A stretch of DNA of 64,000 bases from Phoronis australis (Eukaryota > Animalia > Phoronida). Below the pieces are notes generated by a model. It searched no databases. It saw only the letters and a list, made by a program, of their open reading frames with translations, and had not been told where the DNA came from. How positions within the stretch are numbered: the stretch's first letter is position 1; the number at the start of each line of letters is the position of its first letter. Location: NCBI GenBank assembly GCA_002633005.1, contig NMRA01000199.1, positions 504,995 to 568,994 of the forward strand, in the 5' to 3' direction. This document shows positions 62,622-64,000 of the stretch, piece by piece. Made by a program: the position numbers and the translations under genes.

Positions 62622-64000
62622 ATGGGTACTGGAGCAAGCAAGAACAGACAGAAATCAATTTCAGGGGAAGTTAATGAGAGTCTGTTCAATTCATCCTCTT
62701 CCTCTGGCAGTTCTGAGATGGGTTTTCTGTCTATTGGATCCACAGAAAGTGCTTTACATAGAAAAGAGCACATTCGCATGTTAGGTAGGAAGTACTCGGT
62801 GGGTTTGTCTCGTGTTGCAAAAGAATTGGGACAGTCTGGTCTGGACCCAGACGAGCAGTATGGCATGTCATTTAATTGTCCTCCTGTGCTGGATATACAC
62901 AAAAAACAGGCTGCAGGGACAAAAATGAATAAATGTCAGTCCGAAGTAGATTCCTGTCGTAAAGACATAGGCAAAGTAGTTGAGTGTGCCAGCTTCCCTA
63001 ATGAAGACTTCAAGGAGAAGAGAAGTGGACTGAAAGAAGTATACAGGCGTGTCAATCCTAACTACTCAGATCTGTTCAGAATACCCGACGGTATGCTCGA
63101 GACTCTCCAGGAGAAAATGAAATCTGGCTCCACTGACAGTCCGCTAATAAGGCAAGCCCGTCGTAGCTCAATACATGAGCATAATTTCCTGAACTTTCTC
63201 AACTGGAATGAGCATTTGTGTGGTGATGACAACAGCGACAGTCAAAGGTTTAAGCTAAGTAAAAGACTATTTGAAAGTAATCGACCAAAGACAGAGCAGT
63301 TTGGCTGTGATCGCACATCGTACTGGAAGATGGGTGTGGGAGCAGAACCGATATATCGGGATGGATTTGAGACACTGAAAAATGATTCTACTCGCCCCTG
63401 GCGGGTCAGGGAAAGCGCTGCAGAAGTTGTTGAAGAAGAAAACCTGAGCATGGAGGCCATTGCTGAACTGGAATGTCAACTTCCTCTTGTCAGCTTTCAG
63501 GAAATGCCAAAGCTGGTAGGAAGAATTGCCCTTGCTAAAACTAAGCTTGTTGAGAACAACAAGAAAGAAAGAGGTCATGGTGAGGAGAATGCTGTAGTTA
63601 TGTCGAGTGGTCATTTTGAAGATGATCTGGATAACGCAAGTCTTGATCAACAGTCCCATGAAGAAAATGTACCCCATTCAAGCATCAGAGATAAGTCGGA
63701 ATCAACTGTTGCCAATGAAATACTGTGTTCCAGTGGTGTTCAAGATACAGACCCTAGTGATGCAAAGAGAGTTGAAGCAGACACTTCAAAATGCAGGGGC
63801 AAAAACAGTATGAGCAGTGCCAAAGAACATAATTGTACTCACGAACTAAACAACCCTGTGAACTCTTCAATGGATAGGTTTGTTCCGATGGAAAAGAGAT
63901 CACCTGTTTTTGACTCAGTTGTGCCACAGGAACGAGAATGGTATGCTGAAACTATGAGTTGCCACGTTTTTGCAGACTCTGACGCAACTGCTTCGGAATC
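62622..64000 (+). CDS. Uncharacterised protein, large first coding exon with N-myristoylation motif MGTGASK (runs off the window)
   Basis: Hand-translated 459 codons with no stop; acceptor ttttacttttccggcag| ~60 nt upstream; gtcATGG start context; S/E/K-rich low-complexity sequence. Absent from the ORF track, probably because it has no stop within the window. Confidence 0.85.
   Translation, partial: MGTGASKNRQKSISGEVNESLFNSSSSSGSSEMGFLSIGSTESALHRKEHIRMLGRKYSVGLSRVAKELGQSGLDPDEQYGMSFNCPPVLDIHKKQAAGTKMNKCQSEVDSCRKDIGKVVECASFPNEDFKEKRSGLKEVYRRVNPNYSDLFRIPDGMLETLQEKMKSGSTDSPLIRQARRSSIHEHNFLNFLNWNEHLCGDDNSDSQRFKLSKRLFESNRPKTEQFGCDRTSYWKMGVGAEPIYRDGFETLKNDSTRPWRVRESAAEVVEEENLSMEAIAELECQLPLVSFQEMPKLVGRIALAKTKLVENNKKERGHGEENAVVMSSGHFEDDLDNASLDQQSHEENVPHSSIRDKSESTVANEILCSSGVQDTDPSDAKRVEADTSKCRGKNSMSSAKEHNCTHELNNPVNSSMDRFVPMEKRSPVFDSVVPQEREWYAETMSCHVFADSDATASE

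Overview
AT-rich eukaryotic (animal) genomic DNA with spliceosomal GT-AG introns, from a draft assembly (190-N gap at 49602-49791, single N at 44368). Gene content and repeat style suggest an invertebrate deuterostome, which is an inference only. Three protein-coding genes can be read by hand. (1) The 5' part of an MCC (mutated in colorectal cancer, EF-hand long isoform) orthologue on the minus strand, with 3 coding exons and a 28.2-kb first intron; it continues beyond position 1. (2) A complete 18-coding-exon minus-strand gene (53698->37733, 3531 nt, 1176 aa, all splice phases consistent). It encodes an N-terminal MGCGAGK acylation motif, a long low-complexity region, RNI-type leucine-rich repeats, an RRM-like domain and a charged helical tail. 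(3) The start of a plus-strand gene (ATG 62622, open to the window end, absent from the ORF track) beginning MGTGASK. Genes 2 and 3 are head-to-head. The ~9 kb between them holds a partly duplicated promoter-like block and nested non-autonomous transposons: Mutator-like elements with 9-bp TSDs, an RTE-derived element with a 14-bp TSD and a Penelope GIY-YIG remnant. The most unusual items are the ~79-bp tandem array built from the MCC exon 2 splice acceptor and the acylated LRR+RRM protein architecture.
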